A stretch of 64,000 bases of DNA from Tagaea sp. (GTDB lineage: Bacteria; Pseudomonadota; Alphaproteobacteria; CACIAM-22H2), in the NCBI GenBank assembly GCA_965279525.1, contig CBDIIB010000004.1, forward strand, positions 512,001 to 576,000. The letters run 5' to 3'. Positions 39,834 to 52,645 of this stretch are shown here, in pieces; position 1 is the stretch's first letter, and each line of letters opens with the position of its first letter. Both the position numbers and the translations under genes were made by a program. The notes under the pieces are model-generated. The model was given only the letters and a program-made list of their open reading frames with translations, ran no database searches and was not told the origin of the DNA.

Positions 39834-40151
39834 ATGCGAAATCCGCTGCTCATCTCCGTTTTCATCGCCGTCCTCGCCGGGGGATGCACGCCGATGCGCT
39901 GGGAACACCCGGCCTTCGGTCCGGACGATGCCGGGCGCGAGGCAAGCGAGTGCCGGCAGATGGCCTGGGCCGAGGCGCAGCGCCAGTCTTTCATGTTCGG
40001 CAGCTTCGCAAGGCGGTCTGTCTCGCGCGACCGGTACGGGCGCATCCACTACACGCCGTTTTCCGATTTCCACGAGCGCCAGATGATGGAGATGCAGCTC
40101 AACGATTTCTGCATGCGCAGCAAGGGCTTTGCCCTCGTACCGGTCGGCTAG
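39834..40151 (+). CDS. Small putative lipoprotein
   Basis: LAGGC lipobox-like motif; C...CMRSKGF. Confidence 0.78.
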   Translation: MRNPLLISVFIAVLAGGCTPMRWEHPAFGPDDAGREASECRQMAWAEAQRQSFMFGSFARRSVSRDRYGRIHYTPFSDFHERQMMEMQLNDFCMRSKGFALVPVG

Positions 40152-41191
40152 AACTTGATCGACATCGAAAGCGCCCCGAAACGGTCGGGGCTGCCCTGGC
40201 TTTCGAACTCGCGCGTGCGCATCACATAGGTGAAGGTGACGCGGACCGGCGCGTAGACCATCGCCATCCCCATCTGCAGGTCGCCGACGAGCGGACGGCG
40301 GTCGACCGAATGGCTTCGCGCGAACGTGTTTCCGTCGAGCGTTATGTCGCGCGCGACCGCCCTGCCCTCGAGGCCGATGAAGGCATAGGCGGCAAACGGC
40401 TCGCCTTCGTCCGTGTCGAAATGCATCGATCCCGCAAGGCCCGGACGGATGCGCGGCGGCCCGTAATCGACGCCGAGATTGTGGCCCACGCGCAGCGTGA
40501 CCCCGGTGCCGGCATAGGTGAACACGTTGCCGAGCGATCCGCCGACATGCGGCGAGAAATCGCCCTCGATGCCCGGCAGGATGCTGGAGCGCGCGACATT
40601 GCGCCACTTGCGCTCGTAGAACAGCACGATCCCGGGTTCGTTGCGCAGCTGGTTGCCCCACCCCTGGGGCAGCGGCGACCCGATGAGGCGATGGTATTCG
40701 CGCTGCGTCTCGGCGGCATAGCTCTGCGGGCCGATGATGCCGAGATTGAGTTCGAGCGTGTCGAGGCGCGCGGCATCGCCGGCTTCCCGGCTCGACGTGA
40801 TCGCAGCGGCGACATAGGTCCAGCCCGAATAGGGCCGGTCGTTATAGATGCGCTCGCGCGTGCGGGTATTCTCGGGCGTGTACATGTTCTGGCCGACGGC
40901 GTAGCCGACGCGCGTGACGCCACCATCCGGAAAGACCGGGACCCATGCCGCAAGCCTTCGGCCCCATTCGGGCGTTTCGCGCGGTTCGGATATCCAGTTC
41001 AACCGGACGCCGTTGGTGAAATTGCGGTCGGTCTGCCGCTCGGTGTTCGGGGAATTGAACTTGTCGTTCTCAATGACGACCGACAGCGTGCCCCGCGGCT
41101 CGGGCTTGCTTTCCTGTGCCGGTGCCTGTGCACCCGCGATCGCCGGAAAGGCGGCGCACAGGACAATCGTCGGCAGCATTCGAATTCGCAT
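40148..41191 (-). CDS. Lipid A deacylase LpxR family outer membrane protein
   Basis: IENDKF, DRNFTNG, GQNMYTP, DRPYSGW and GWGNQL motifs; C-terminal Phe. Confidence 0.88.
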   Translation of the reverse strand: MRIRMLPTIVLCAAFPAIAGAQAPAQESKPEPRGTLSVVIENDKFNSPNTERQTDRNFTNGVRLNWISEPRETPEWGRRLAAWVPVFPDGGVTRVGYAVGQNMYTPENTRTRERIYNDRPYSGWTYVAAAITSSREAGDAARLDTLELNLGIIGPQSYAAETQREYHRLIGSPLPQGWGNQLRNEPGIVLFYERKWRNVARSSILPGIEGDFSPHVGGSLGNVFTYAGTGVTLRVGHNLGVDYGPPRIRPGLAGSMHFDTDEGEPFAAYAFIGLEGRAVARDITLDGNTFARSHSVDRRPLVGDLQMGMAMVYAPVRVTFTYVMRTREFESQGSPDRFGALSMSIKF

Positions 41192-41237
41192 CCCGTTCCC
41201 TTACCCGAATTCGTCCTGCGGTACTACAATGACGGTC

Positions 41238-41576
41238 ATGGCCTTGCGGATCACAACCCTACTCGTGACTTTGGCTTATGGCGTTTTTGTGGCGTCCTGC
41301 AGCCCCGGAACGGATGCCCTGTCCTTGAAGCATCCCACGCTTGCACCGGCCGAGCAGTCGGCGATACGCAACGCGTGCGCGATCGAGGCGCAAGGACGGC
41401 TTGGACCCGCCCCGCTCTCCGCGTCGCCCGCGCCGTGCCGCGAGGACGGCGATGCGTCGGCACGCGATCGCTGCCGCGCGCAGGCCGACTTGGCGCTGAT
41501 GGCCGAAACACGCTACGTCCGTCGCCTCGATTCAGAGACGGCCGCCTGCCTGCGCGCCAAGGGCTTCGGCGACTGA
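41238..41576 (+). CDS. Small Cys-rich putative lipoprotein
   Basis: VASC lipobox, four further Cys, C-terminal CLRAKGF. Confidence 0.65.
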   Translation: MALRITTLLVTLAYGVFVASCSPGTDALSLKHPTLAPAEQSAIRNACAIEAQGRLGPAPLSASPAPCREDGDASARDRCRAQADLALMAETRYVRRLDSETAACLRAKGFGD

Positions 41577-41618
41577 AGGCTTCCCTGCCGTGCTTTTATG
41601 GCTATTCTGCGCTCCATC

Positions 41619-43160
41619 ATGAATACGGATTCTCCTTACGATCTTCTCGTCATCGGTGGCGGCGTCAACGGCTGCGGCATCGCGCGCGATGCCGCAGGCC
41701 GCGGCCTTTCGGTCCTGCTTGTCGAACAGAACGACCTTGCCTCGGCGACGTCATCTGCTTCGACCAAGCTGATCCATGGCGGGCTTCGCTATCTCGAGTT
41801 CTACGAGTTCCGGCTGGTCCGCGAGGCGCTGTCCGAGCGTGACGTGCTGCTCGACGGGGCGCCGCACATCATGTGGCCGATGCGCTTCGTGCTGCCGTAC
41901 GATCGAAGCCAGCGCCCGGCCTGGATGATCCGCGCGGGCCTTTTCCTCTACGACCATCTCGGCTGGGTTCCGGGCCGGAAATCGAAACTGCCGGGCTCGC
42001 ACAAGGTCGATCTGCCCGGAAACCCGTATGGCCGGGGATTGCGCGCCGATATCGGCGTCGGCTTCGTCTATTCGGACGGTTGGGTCGACGATGCGCGTCT
42101 GGTCGCGCTGGCGGCGCGCCATGCCGCGGATCTCGGCGCGGACATTCGCGTACGCACGCAGGCGACGTCGGCCAGGCGCGAAGGCGGCCTCTGGCATGTG
42201 TCGCTCTCGGACCGCATTTCGGGACAGACGGCCGAGGTCAAGGCGCATGCGGTCGTGAATGCCGCAGGGCCCTGGGTCATGCAGACGCTGTCCGGCATCC
42301 TCGGCGCCAATGCGCCGGCGTCGGTCAAGCTGGTCAAGGGCAGCCACATTGTCGTTCCGCGCCAGTACGAGGGCGAGCACGCTTTCATCCTGCAGAACGA
42401 AGACCGGCGCATCGTCTTCGTCATTCCCTACCAGGGGCAGTTCACGCTGATCGGCACGACCGAGGTGGCGCATGACGGCGATCCTGGCCGCGTCTCGATC
42501 ACGTCGGCCGAGACGGAATATCTTTGCACGGCCGTCAGCCGGTTTCTTGCAAAGCCCGTTTCGCCGTCCGATGTCGTGTGGAGCTATTCGGGCGTGCGGC
42601 CGCTCTACGATGACGGCGCCGACAATGCGACCGCGACGACGCGCGACTATGTGCTGTCGCTCGATGACGGCGGCGGCCGTGCGCCGGCGCTGTCGATCTT
42701 CGGCGGCAAGATCACGACGTTCCGCAGACTTGCCGAGCACGCGCTGGAAAAACTTGCCCCGTTCTTCCCGAAGATGAAGCCTGCCTGGACCGCCGGCGCG
42801 CGTCTGCCCGGGGGCGAACTTGACGGTGTCGACGGCAATTTCGAGCGTTTCACCGGCGCGCTGGCCGCACGGTTTCCGTTCGTGCCGCCCGAACATCTTC
42901 ATGCGATGGCACGTCGACAGGGCGGCCGCGTGTTCCGCTTTCTCGAAGGGAAGTCAAAACTCGAAGATCTCGGTGCGCATTTCGGCGCAGGTTTGTATGC
43001 CGCCGAAGTCGATCTCATGGTTGGCGAGGAATGGGCGCGGACGGCGAACGACATCCTGTTCCGCCGCTCGAAGCTGGGCCTGCATATCGGACTGGCGGAC
43101 CAGGCCGCACTCGGGAGCTATCTCGCCGACAAGCACGGTCTGGGACGTGTCCTGGCCTGA
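41619..43160 (+). CDS. glpD: Aerobic glycerol-3-phosphate dehydrogenase
   Basis: DLLVIGGGVNG, TSSASTKLIHGGLRYLE, YSGVRPL and GGKITTFR motifs. Confidence 0.97.
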   Translation: MNTDSPYDLLVIGGGVNGCGIARDAAGRGLSVLLVEQNDLASATSSASTKLIHGGLRYLEFYEFRLVREALSERDVLLDGAPHIMWPMRFVLPYDRSQRPAWMIRAGLFLYDHLGWVPGRKSKLPGSHKVDLPGNPYGRGLRADIGVGFVYSDGWVDDARLVALAARHAADLGADIRVRTQATSARREGGLWHVSLSDRISGQTAEVKAHAVVNAAGPWVMQTLSGILGANAPASVKLVKGSHIVVPRQYEGEHAFILQNEDRRIVFVIPYQGQFTLIGTTEVAHDGDPGRVSITSAETEYLCTAVSRFLAKPVSPSDVVWSYSGVRPLYDDGADNATATTRDYVLSLDDGGGRAPALSIFGGKITTFRRLAEHALEKLAPFFPKMKPAWTAGARLPGGELDGVDGNFERFTGALAARFPFVPPEHLHAMARRQGGRVFRFLEGKSKLEDLGAHFGAGLYAAEVDLMVGEEWARTANDILFRRSKLGLHIGLADQAALGSYLADKHGLGRVLA

Positions 43161-43185
43161 AAAATAGAAGTCAGTCTGAAAATGC

Positions 43186-43212
43186 AAAAGGCCACGTCCA
43201 TTCGACGTGGCC
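43186..43212 (-). terminator. Intrinsic terminator for the minus-strand microprotein gene
   Basis: GGCCACGTC-N5-GACGTGGCC 9-bp stem followed on the minus strand by TTTTGCATTTT. Confidence 0.7.
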
Positions 43213-43235
43213 CTGATTTCCGGTCGTTCCGGAAT

Positions 43236-43379
43236 TCAGTGCTTTGTGTGCGGCAGCAGCCCGTCTTCGACCAGGATCTTCTTGAGGCTGGCGAGCACTT
43301 CGGCGATGTCCGGCGTATCGGACTTCGTGCTGCTGCCCTTGCGGCGGCTGGTCGGGAGCGATGCAATCTTGCGGGGCAT
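43236..43379 (-). CDS. 47-aa microprotein containing a PopZ helix-1-like motif
   Basis: MPRKIASLPTSRRKGSSTKSDTPDIAEVLASLKKILVEDGLLPHTKH; 41 of 47 codons end in G/C; own terminator. Confidence 0.7.
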   Translation of the reverse strand: MPRKIASLPTSRRKGSSTKSDTPDIAEVLASLKKILVEDGLLPHTKH

Positions 43380-43508
43380 GATTTTCACGTGCTTCCGGGG
43401 TTTGTCTTGTAGTCTGATAACTGAATATCGCATTCGGCTTTGCAAATTGCAAGATCAATTTTTCTAATGGTAGAGACGATCGCTTGACGCGTATCCTACA
43501 AAAATATA

Positions 43509-43539
43509 GAACAAACCGAGAATTGAACAAAAGACGAAC
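43509..43539 (+). promoter_or_regulatory. Tandem alphaproteobacterial LexA (SOS) boxes
   Basis: GAAC-AAACCGA-GAAT (43509-43523) and GAAC-AAAAGAC-GAAC (43525-43539), overlapping the -10 of TTGACG-N17-TAGAAC (43484-43512). Confidence 0.85.
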
Positions 43540-43554
43540 GCCAAGGAGCCGCCA

Positions 43555-44472
43555 ATGTTCGAAGCGACTTTCTCGCCCCCGCCGATCGATGGTTTCTTTC
43601 CGGAACATATCGTGCACGAAAGCTTTGCGCGAATGCCGCGGCTTGGTCTTGCCAGCCTGCCGAGCCGGAACCAGTCGAGCTTCGGAAAGATCCGCAACCC
43701 CTTGATCAGAAGCACCATGGCAACCCAATCCGGCATCCTGCGTCGCCCCGCCTCGACCACGGTCCAGGAACTGAAGGCCCGTCTGGCGGCTTTCGGCGAA
43801 CGCGTGCCGCCCGGCCGCGGTCCGCTTGCCTTCGGGATCCCGGCGATCGACACGGCCCTGCCTTGGTCGGGCCTGCCACGCGGCGCACTGCACGAGATCG
43901 CCGGCGCTTCGAACGACGGGGCCGCCGCGGGCTTCGCGACCGCCCTGCTCGCCCGGCTCGCCGGCGACGGCCCGGTGCTGTGGATCGCGCGCCGCCCCGA
44001 TCTGAGTGCGGCCGGTCTCGCGGCACTCGGGCTTGAGCCTGCGCGCCTGCTCATCGTCAATGCGCCCAAGCGCGCCGATGCGCTGTGGGCTTTCGAAGAA
44101 GCGCTGCGCAACCCCGCACTTGCCGGAGCGGTCGCCGAAATCGACGGCGTCGATCTCACGCAGTCGCGCCGCCTGCAGCTTGCCGCCGAGATGGGTGGCA
44201 CGACGGCCCTGCTGCTGCGCCCGCCGGGCGAACTCGACCAGGCGAGTGCCGCGCGCACGCGCTGGCGTGCCGCCGCCCTTCCCGCCGACGCCACGGATGG
44301 CGAGAGCCGCCGCTGGCGCCTGACGCTCGCGCGCGCGCAAGGCGGCACGCCGGGCGAATGGAACATCGAACACCGTCGCGACGGATGGACACTTGCCGAT
44401 GACGAGCGGCCGGCGATTTCTCTCGATCTTCCTGCCGCATCTGCCGACCGACCGGTGCGCGCGGCAGGCTGA
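43555..44472 (+). CDS. imuA: ImuA (RecA/SulA-like)
   Basis: GLPRGALHEI, GPVLWI, ALWAFEEALR and SRRLQLAAE motifs; start at 43555 (AAGGAG RBS) or 43717. Confidence 0.92.
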   Translation: MFEATFSPPPIDGFFPEHIVHESFARMPRLGLASLPSRNQSSFGKIRNPLIRSTMATQSGILRRPASTTVQELKARLAAFGERVPPGRGPLAFGIPAIDTALPWSGLPRGALHEIAGASNDGAAAGFATALLARLAGDGPVLWIARRPDLSAAGLAALGLEPARLLIVNAPKRADALWAFEEALRNPALAGAVAEIDGVDLTQSRRLQLAAEMGGTTALLLRPPGELDQASAARTRWRAAALPADATDGESRRWRLTLARAQGGTPGEWNIEHRRDGWTLADDERPAISLDLPAASADRPVRAAG

Positions 44473-45969
44473 CGACGCGATCGATCCGGTCGCGCGCGCG
44501 ACATTCGCGTCCGTCCAGGGCGGCCTGCAGCTTGCCGCCGTGTGCCCGCGTGCCAAAGATGCGGGCCTGCGGCCCGGGCTGGCATTGGCGGAAGCGCATG
44601 CGCGGGTTCCGGACCTGCGCGTCGAACGCCACGCGCCGGAAGCCGACCGCGCCTTGCTGCGCCGGCTCGCCGAATCGGCGCAGCGCTGGTCGCCTTGCGT
44701 GGCGATCGAAGACGACACCAGCGGCCTGCGCCTCGATGCCAGCGGTGTCGCCCATCTGTTCGGCGGCGAGGAAGCGCTGCTCGCGGACGTCGCCACGCGG
44801 CTGAAGCACCAGGGTCTCGTCGTGCGGGCCTGTCTTGCCGACACGCTGGGGGCGGCATGGGCCGGCGCGCGTTTCGCGCCGACGGCCGTGTCGATTTTCG
44901 CGTCAAGCACGACACGCGAGGCGATCGCCGGCCTGCCGGTCGCAGGCCTGCGCCTTGCGGTCGAGGATCTTGCAAACCTCGACCGGCTCGGCCTGCGGCG
45001 GATCGGCGATCTCCATGCGCTGGCCGATGCCGCCGGAGGCCGTGCCGCCCTCGCCCGGCGCTTCGGCCCGACGATCGCGCGCCGGCTGCTCCAGGCTCTG
45101 GGCGCCGAAGCCGAGCCACTCTCCCCGGATGCACCACCGCCGGCCTTGCGGTCACGGCTTTCTTTCGCCGAACCGATCACGGCTCCTGCCGACATCGAAC
45201 GCACGCTTGAACGGCTTGCCCGCGAATTGTGCGCGCGGCTGGAAAGTGCGGCTCTCGGTGCGCGACGGGTGGCGCTCGTCTTCCATCGCGTCGATGGCGT
45301 TGCGACACGCATGGCGCTCGGCACCAGCCGGCCGACGCGCGATGCGCACGCACTATGCCGGCTGTTCGCCGAACCGATCCAGCGCATCGATCCCGGTTTC
45401 GGCTTCGAACTCGCAACGCTCGACGCCGAACTCGTCGATACGCTCGATCCCGAGCAGCAGCGCTTTGCCCGCTCGCTGCTGCCCGACGGCGATTGCGCGG
45501 CAGCCGAACTCGCCAAGGCGCCGCTGATGGCCCCGCTCGTCGACCGGCTCGCCAACCGGCTGGGGGCCGCGAACGTGGTGCGGCTGGCGCATGTCGAAAG
45601 CCATGTGCCCGAGCGCGCGCAGGCTTTCGTCGCACCGTTTGCCCCGCTGCCCGCGTTGTTGCGCGGCGCGCGGGCACCGGCTTCCCCGCGCCCGCTGCGC
45701 CTGTTCGTGCATCCCGAGCCGATCGACGTCGCGGCCGAACTGCCCGATGCGCCGCCGCTGCTGTTCCGCTGGCGCCGGCTCGTCCACCATGTCGCCGCCG
45801 CCGCCGGCCCCGAGCGCATCGGCACCGAATGGTGGCGCAAGCGCGGCGAACCTCGCGACTATTACCGGCTCGAGGATCGCGACGGGCGGCGCTTCTGGGT
45901 TTTCCGCGAAGGGCTGTGGACGCCCGGGCGCGCACAGCCGCCGCGCTGGTACCTGCACGGGCTGTTCGC

Positions 45970-45973
<4 letters not shown>
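44399..45973 (+). CDS. imuB: ImuB (inactive Y-family polymerase)
   Basis: LPHLPTDR, GLRLDASGVAHLFGGE, DPGFG, GPERIGTEWW and RDYYR...WYLHGLFA motifs. Confidence 0.95.
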
Positions 45974-49122
<3,149 letters not shown>

Positions 49123-49452
49123 TCAGTCGACGATGAACAGCGTGGCGCCAGTCGCGGTGCGCGAACGGTGCGCCTCGGCGCCGTCGGCCACCTGGTAGCT
49201 GTGCCCGGGTCCCATCTTGAACACGCGTCCGTCGGCAAGCTCGGTCTCGAGTTCGCCCGTCAGCACGAACAGCACGTGCCCCTTCTGGCACCAATGGTCG
49301 GCAAGATAGCCCGGCGAATACTCGACCATGCGCACGCGGATGTCGGCGAAGTGGCGCGTGCGCCAATGCGCGACACCGGTCTCGCCCTTGTGCTCGGTGC
49401 GCTCGACGCCGGACCAGTCGACCGTCGCGAACGGGATTCCCTTCATTTCCAT
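49123..49452 (-). CDS. DHCW motif cupin fold protein
   Basis: VEYSPGYLADHWCQKGH...HRS...LFIVD. Confidence 0.92.
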   Translation of the reverse strand: MEMKGIPFATVDWSGVERTEHKGETGVAHWRTRHFADIRVRMVEYSPGYLADHWCQKGHVLFVLTGELETELADGRVFKMGPGHSYQVADGAEAHRSRTATGATLFIVD

Positions 49453-49543
49453 CGCTTGATCCTATCGCGTCGAGTCGAGCTTGGGCGACTCGGAAGCGAT
49501 GTGAGACGGTCCCTGTGGATATTCCGAATCGAGTTGGTGTCAC

Positions 49544-50635
49544 ATGGTCTTGCGCGCATTTTCCACAACCCTCCTCACGCTCGCCCTGGCGGTCACGACG
49601 GCCCAGGCGCAGAAGCGGCCCGACTATCTCGACGGCATCTATGTCGGCGGAAATGTCGGCGTGCACAAGCCGCAGAACTCGAGCATGAGCCGCGGCGGAC
49701 AGAGTTCGACCGTCAGCATCGGCACGGGATTGGCCGGCACGGCTTCGGTCGGCTACGGCTTCGGCAACGGGCTGCGCGGCGAACTGGAACTAGGACATCG
49801 TGCGGGCAGCGTGCGCAGCGTGGACAACGCGGCCGGAACCAGCGGCGGCGGCCGGCTCGACGTGACGAGCCTGATGGGCAACCTCCTCTACGATTTCGCG
49901 AACGAAACGTCGTTCGTTCCCTATATCGGCGTCGGCGCGGGCGGTGCGCGCCTGCGCGCAAAGGACGTCGGCCCCGATCAAGGCAATGCGATCGTGTCGG
50001 GAAGCGCCAACGTGTTCGCCTATCAGGCCATCGCCGGTCTCGACTACCGGATCGGCACGAACACGGCGCTGGGTGCGAGCTACCGCTATTTCGCGACACA
50101 GTCGGCCAGCATCGGCAGCAGTGCCGGCGATTCGGCATCGATCCCGTATCGCGACCATTCGATCATGGTCGGCATGCGCTATGCGTTCAATCCGACACTG
50201 GCCGTGCCCGCCGCGATGCCGGCCGCCATGGCAATGCCCGTCGCCGCACCGGCTCCGCCGCCGGCTGCACCCGCTCCGGCACTTGCGGCCGCGGCGGTTG
50301 CCGGCCCTCGGGCCTTCACCGTCTTTTTCGATTTCGACAAGTCCGCCATCAGCGACGATGCCAATCGCGTACTCGTCCAGGCGGCGGATTCGGCGAAATC
50401 CGGTGTTTTCACCCGAATTCGCGCGACCGGGCATACCGACACGATGGGCGCCCCGCGCTACAACATGGCGCTCTCGATCCGGCGTGCGAATGCCGTGCGT
50501 GATGTCCTCGTGCGGGAGGGGATACCGGCAACACAAATTGTTGTGATCGGCCGCGGCGAGACCCAACTCCTGGTACCGACCCCGGATCTGGCCAACGAGC
50601 CGCGAAATCGACGCGTGGAAATCGTTATAGAATAA
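49544..50635 (+). CDS. OmpA family protein (beta-barrel plus peptidoglycan-binding domain), copy 1
   Basis: PYIGVGAG, AYQAIAG, Pro/Ala linker, VFFDFDKS, GHTD and NRRVEI. Confidence 0.93.
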   Translation: MVLRAFSTTLLTLALAVTTAQAQKRPDYLDGIYVGGNVGVHKPQNSSMSRGGQSSTVSIGTGLAGTASVGYGFGNGLRGELELGHRAGSVRSVDNAAGTSGGGRLDVTSLMGNLLYDFANETSFVPYIGVGAGGARLRAKDVGPDQGNAIVSGSANVFAYQAIAGLDYRIGTNTALGASYRYFATQSASIGSSAGDSASIPYRDHSIMVGMRYAFNPTLAVPAAMPAAMAMPVAAPAPPPAAPAPALAAAAVAGPRAFTVFFDFDKSAISDDANRVLVQAADSAKSGVFTRIRATGHTDTMGAPRYNMALSIRRANAVRDVLVREGIPATQIVVIGRGETQLLVPTPDLANEPRNRRVEIVIE

Positions 50636-50817
50636 ATAGATAAATGATACTCTTCATCTGAATTGGTGTGTGTGTCCCATCAGCCACAGCCTCACGAAAC
50701 ATGTCGGATGAGCATCCACATTCCGCCACGCTGTGGTATGTAACTGATTGAGCGATTCCCGGGAAACCGGAATCACCCCTAGTTCTTCCGACTTCGACGA
50801 CAAAAGGATTAACCCTC

Positions 50818-51930
50818 ATGCGTTTGCGCACCGTTCTGCTTTCAGCAGCAACCCTTCTGGCTCTGGCCGCTCCGGCAGCCGCCCAGAACGTGGCCGGCTT
50901 TTACATCGGCGGCGGCGCGGGCATTAACTGGTTGCAAGACCAGGGCGGCAGCGCCAGCCCGGGCGCATCTTCGATCGATACGGACTACAAGATGGGCTAC
51001 GCCCTTGTCGGCGCGCTCGGCTACGGCTACCGCAACGGCTGGCGCACGGAACTCGAACTCAACTTCCGTGACAACAACGTCGATAGCATCAAGCGCAACG
51101 GCACCGCCCTGACCGGGCCTGGTGGCAACCTCCATCAGTATGGCGTCTTCGGAAACGCGCTCTACGACTTCAATGCCGGCCTGCCCTTCACGCCGTATCT
51201 CGGTCTCGGCCTCGGCTGGCTGCGTTCGGACCTGACGGCCAAGGGCAACGGGATCACGGCGGTCGACGACACCGACGATCTCGTCGGCTACCAGCTGATC
51301 GCCGGTGCGGCTTACCCGCTCGCCCCGCAGCTGAAGCTCACGCTCGACTATCGCTTCATGTCGACGTTCCAGAAGCCGAAGTACAGCACGACGGCAGCGT
51401 ACAGTGCGGCTTTCGCCGGCGAAAACTCGATCACGATGGATCGGCCGATGAACCACGCAGTCCTGCTCGGCCTGCGCTGGGAATTCGGCGCTCCGGCACG
51501 TCCGGCCCCTGCCCCGATGGCAACCCCGGTCGTGGCACCCATGCCGGCACCTGCGCCGGCGCCTGCACCCGCTCCGGCGGCTGCACCTGCCCCGCAGATC
51601 CAGCGCAACTTCCTGGTCTTCTTCGACTTCGACCAGTCGGTCCTGACGCCGGAAGCAGCCCGCATCATCCAGCAGGCGGCGACCACGGCCAAGCAGGGCA
51701 ACGTGACGCGCATCACGGCGACGGGCCACACGGACACGTCGGGCTCGCCGCAGTACAACCAGCGCCTCTCCGAGCGTCGTGCAGCTGCCGTCCAGGCGGA
51801 ACTCGTCCGTCAGGGCATCGCGGCGAACCAGATCGTCACGGTCGGTCGCGGCGAAGGCGAACTGCGCGTCCGCACCGCCGATGGCGTGCGCGAGCCGCAG
51901 AATCGCCGCGTGGAGATCGTCCTCCAGTAA
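50818..51930 (+). CDS. OmpA family protein, copy 2
   Basis: Same architecture as copy 1; strongly biased codons suggest high expression. Confidence 0.95.
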   Translation: MRLRTVLLSAATLLALAAPAAAQNVAGFYIGGGAGINWLQDQGGSASPGASSIDTDYKMGYALVGALGYGYRNGWRTELELNFRDNNVDSIKRNGTALTGPGGNLHQYGVFGNALYDFNAGLPFTPYLGLGLGWLRSDLTAKGNGITAVDDTDDLVGYQLIAGAAYPLAPQLKLTLDYRFMSTFQKPKYSTTAAYSAAFAGENSITMDRPMNHAVLLGLRWEFGAPARPAPAPMATPVVAPMPAPAPAPAPAPAAAPAPQIQRNFLVFFDFDQSVLTPEAARIIQQAATTAKQGNVTRITATGHTDTSGSPQYNQRLSERRAAAVQAELVRQGIAANQIVTVGRGEGELRVRTADGVREPQNRRVEIVLQ

Positions 51931-51956
51931 ACGACCCAGCCTCGGCTGGAAATGCG

Positions 51957-51990
51957 AAGGGCCGGTCGAAAGACCGGCCCTTTTCTTTTG
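51957..51990 (+). terminator. Rho-independent terminator
   Basis: GGGCCGGTC-GAAA-GACCGGCCC followed by TTTTCTTTT. Confidence 0.9.
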
Positions 51991-52022
51991 GGGAGTTCTC
52001 TACCGGAAAACCGGGGGCACGG

Positions 52023-52526
52023 TCAGCGCGCGAGCACGTATTGCATCGCCGGATCGCGTCCGCACAACTCGCCGAACCGTTGCGGCGTATGCTTGGCCCG
52101 CTCCTCGACCGCCTCGCCCAGCTTGCCCCGCTCGATGCGCACGATGCTTTCGAAAAGTTCGGTCGTGTCGTGGCAGAAGGTAGGATTTGCCATCGAACGA
52201 TTCGACGCGTCGTTTGCCAGGGCCGTCGTGAACGTGTCGTAGCGGCGTTGGGGGTTGCCCCCGCCGATGCGCGCGAAATGCTGCTGGATGAGGCGGTTGT
52301 ACCGCTGGATCTCGGCGGAGTGCCGCTCGACGAAGGCGTTGTATTTCGAGCTCTGGTCGACCGCCCGGACACATGAGAGCGTTGCGACCATCAACTCGGT
52401 TTGCATGACGCGCGCCTTGACAGCGACGGCTTCATCGCGCGTCAGGCAGGCCTGCTGGGAAAAAGCGGTACCAGCGCCGACACTCAGCGTCAGCGCGGCG
52501 ACGGCGGTAGCAAGTCCGAAACGCAA
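52023..52526 (-). CDS. Secreted hypothetical protein
   Basis: TTG start after a GGAGG RBS; signal peptide; QTELMVATLSC...YNAFV...YDTFTTALAN; four Cys. Confidence 0.8.
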   Translation of the reverse strand: MRFGLATAVAALTLSVGAGTAFSQQACLTRDEAVAVKARVMQTELMVATLSCVRAVDQSSKYNAFVERHSAEIQRYNRLIQQHFARIGGGNPQRRYDTFTTALANDASNRSMANPTFCHDTTELFESIVRIERGKLGEAVEERAKHTPQRFGELCGRDPAMQYVLAR

Positions 52527-52645
52527 TTTTGCCTCCGTCGAAATTCGTATCAAGGACTTATATACGATGCGGCGGGTCAACCGAACCCTTTTCAAGGCAT
52601 TGCTAGGTGCTTCGAAAATCTGGAAATTCCGCCATAATCGCGTCC

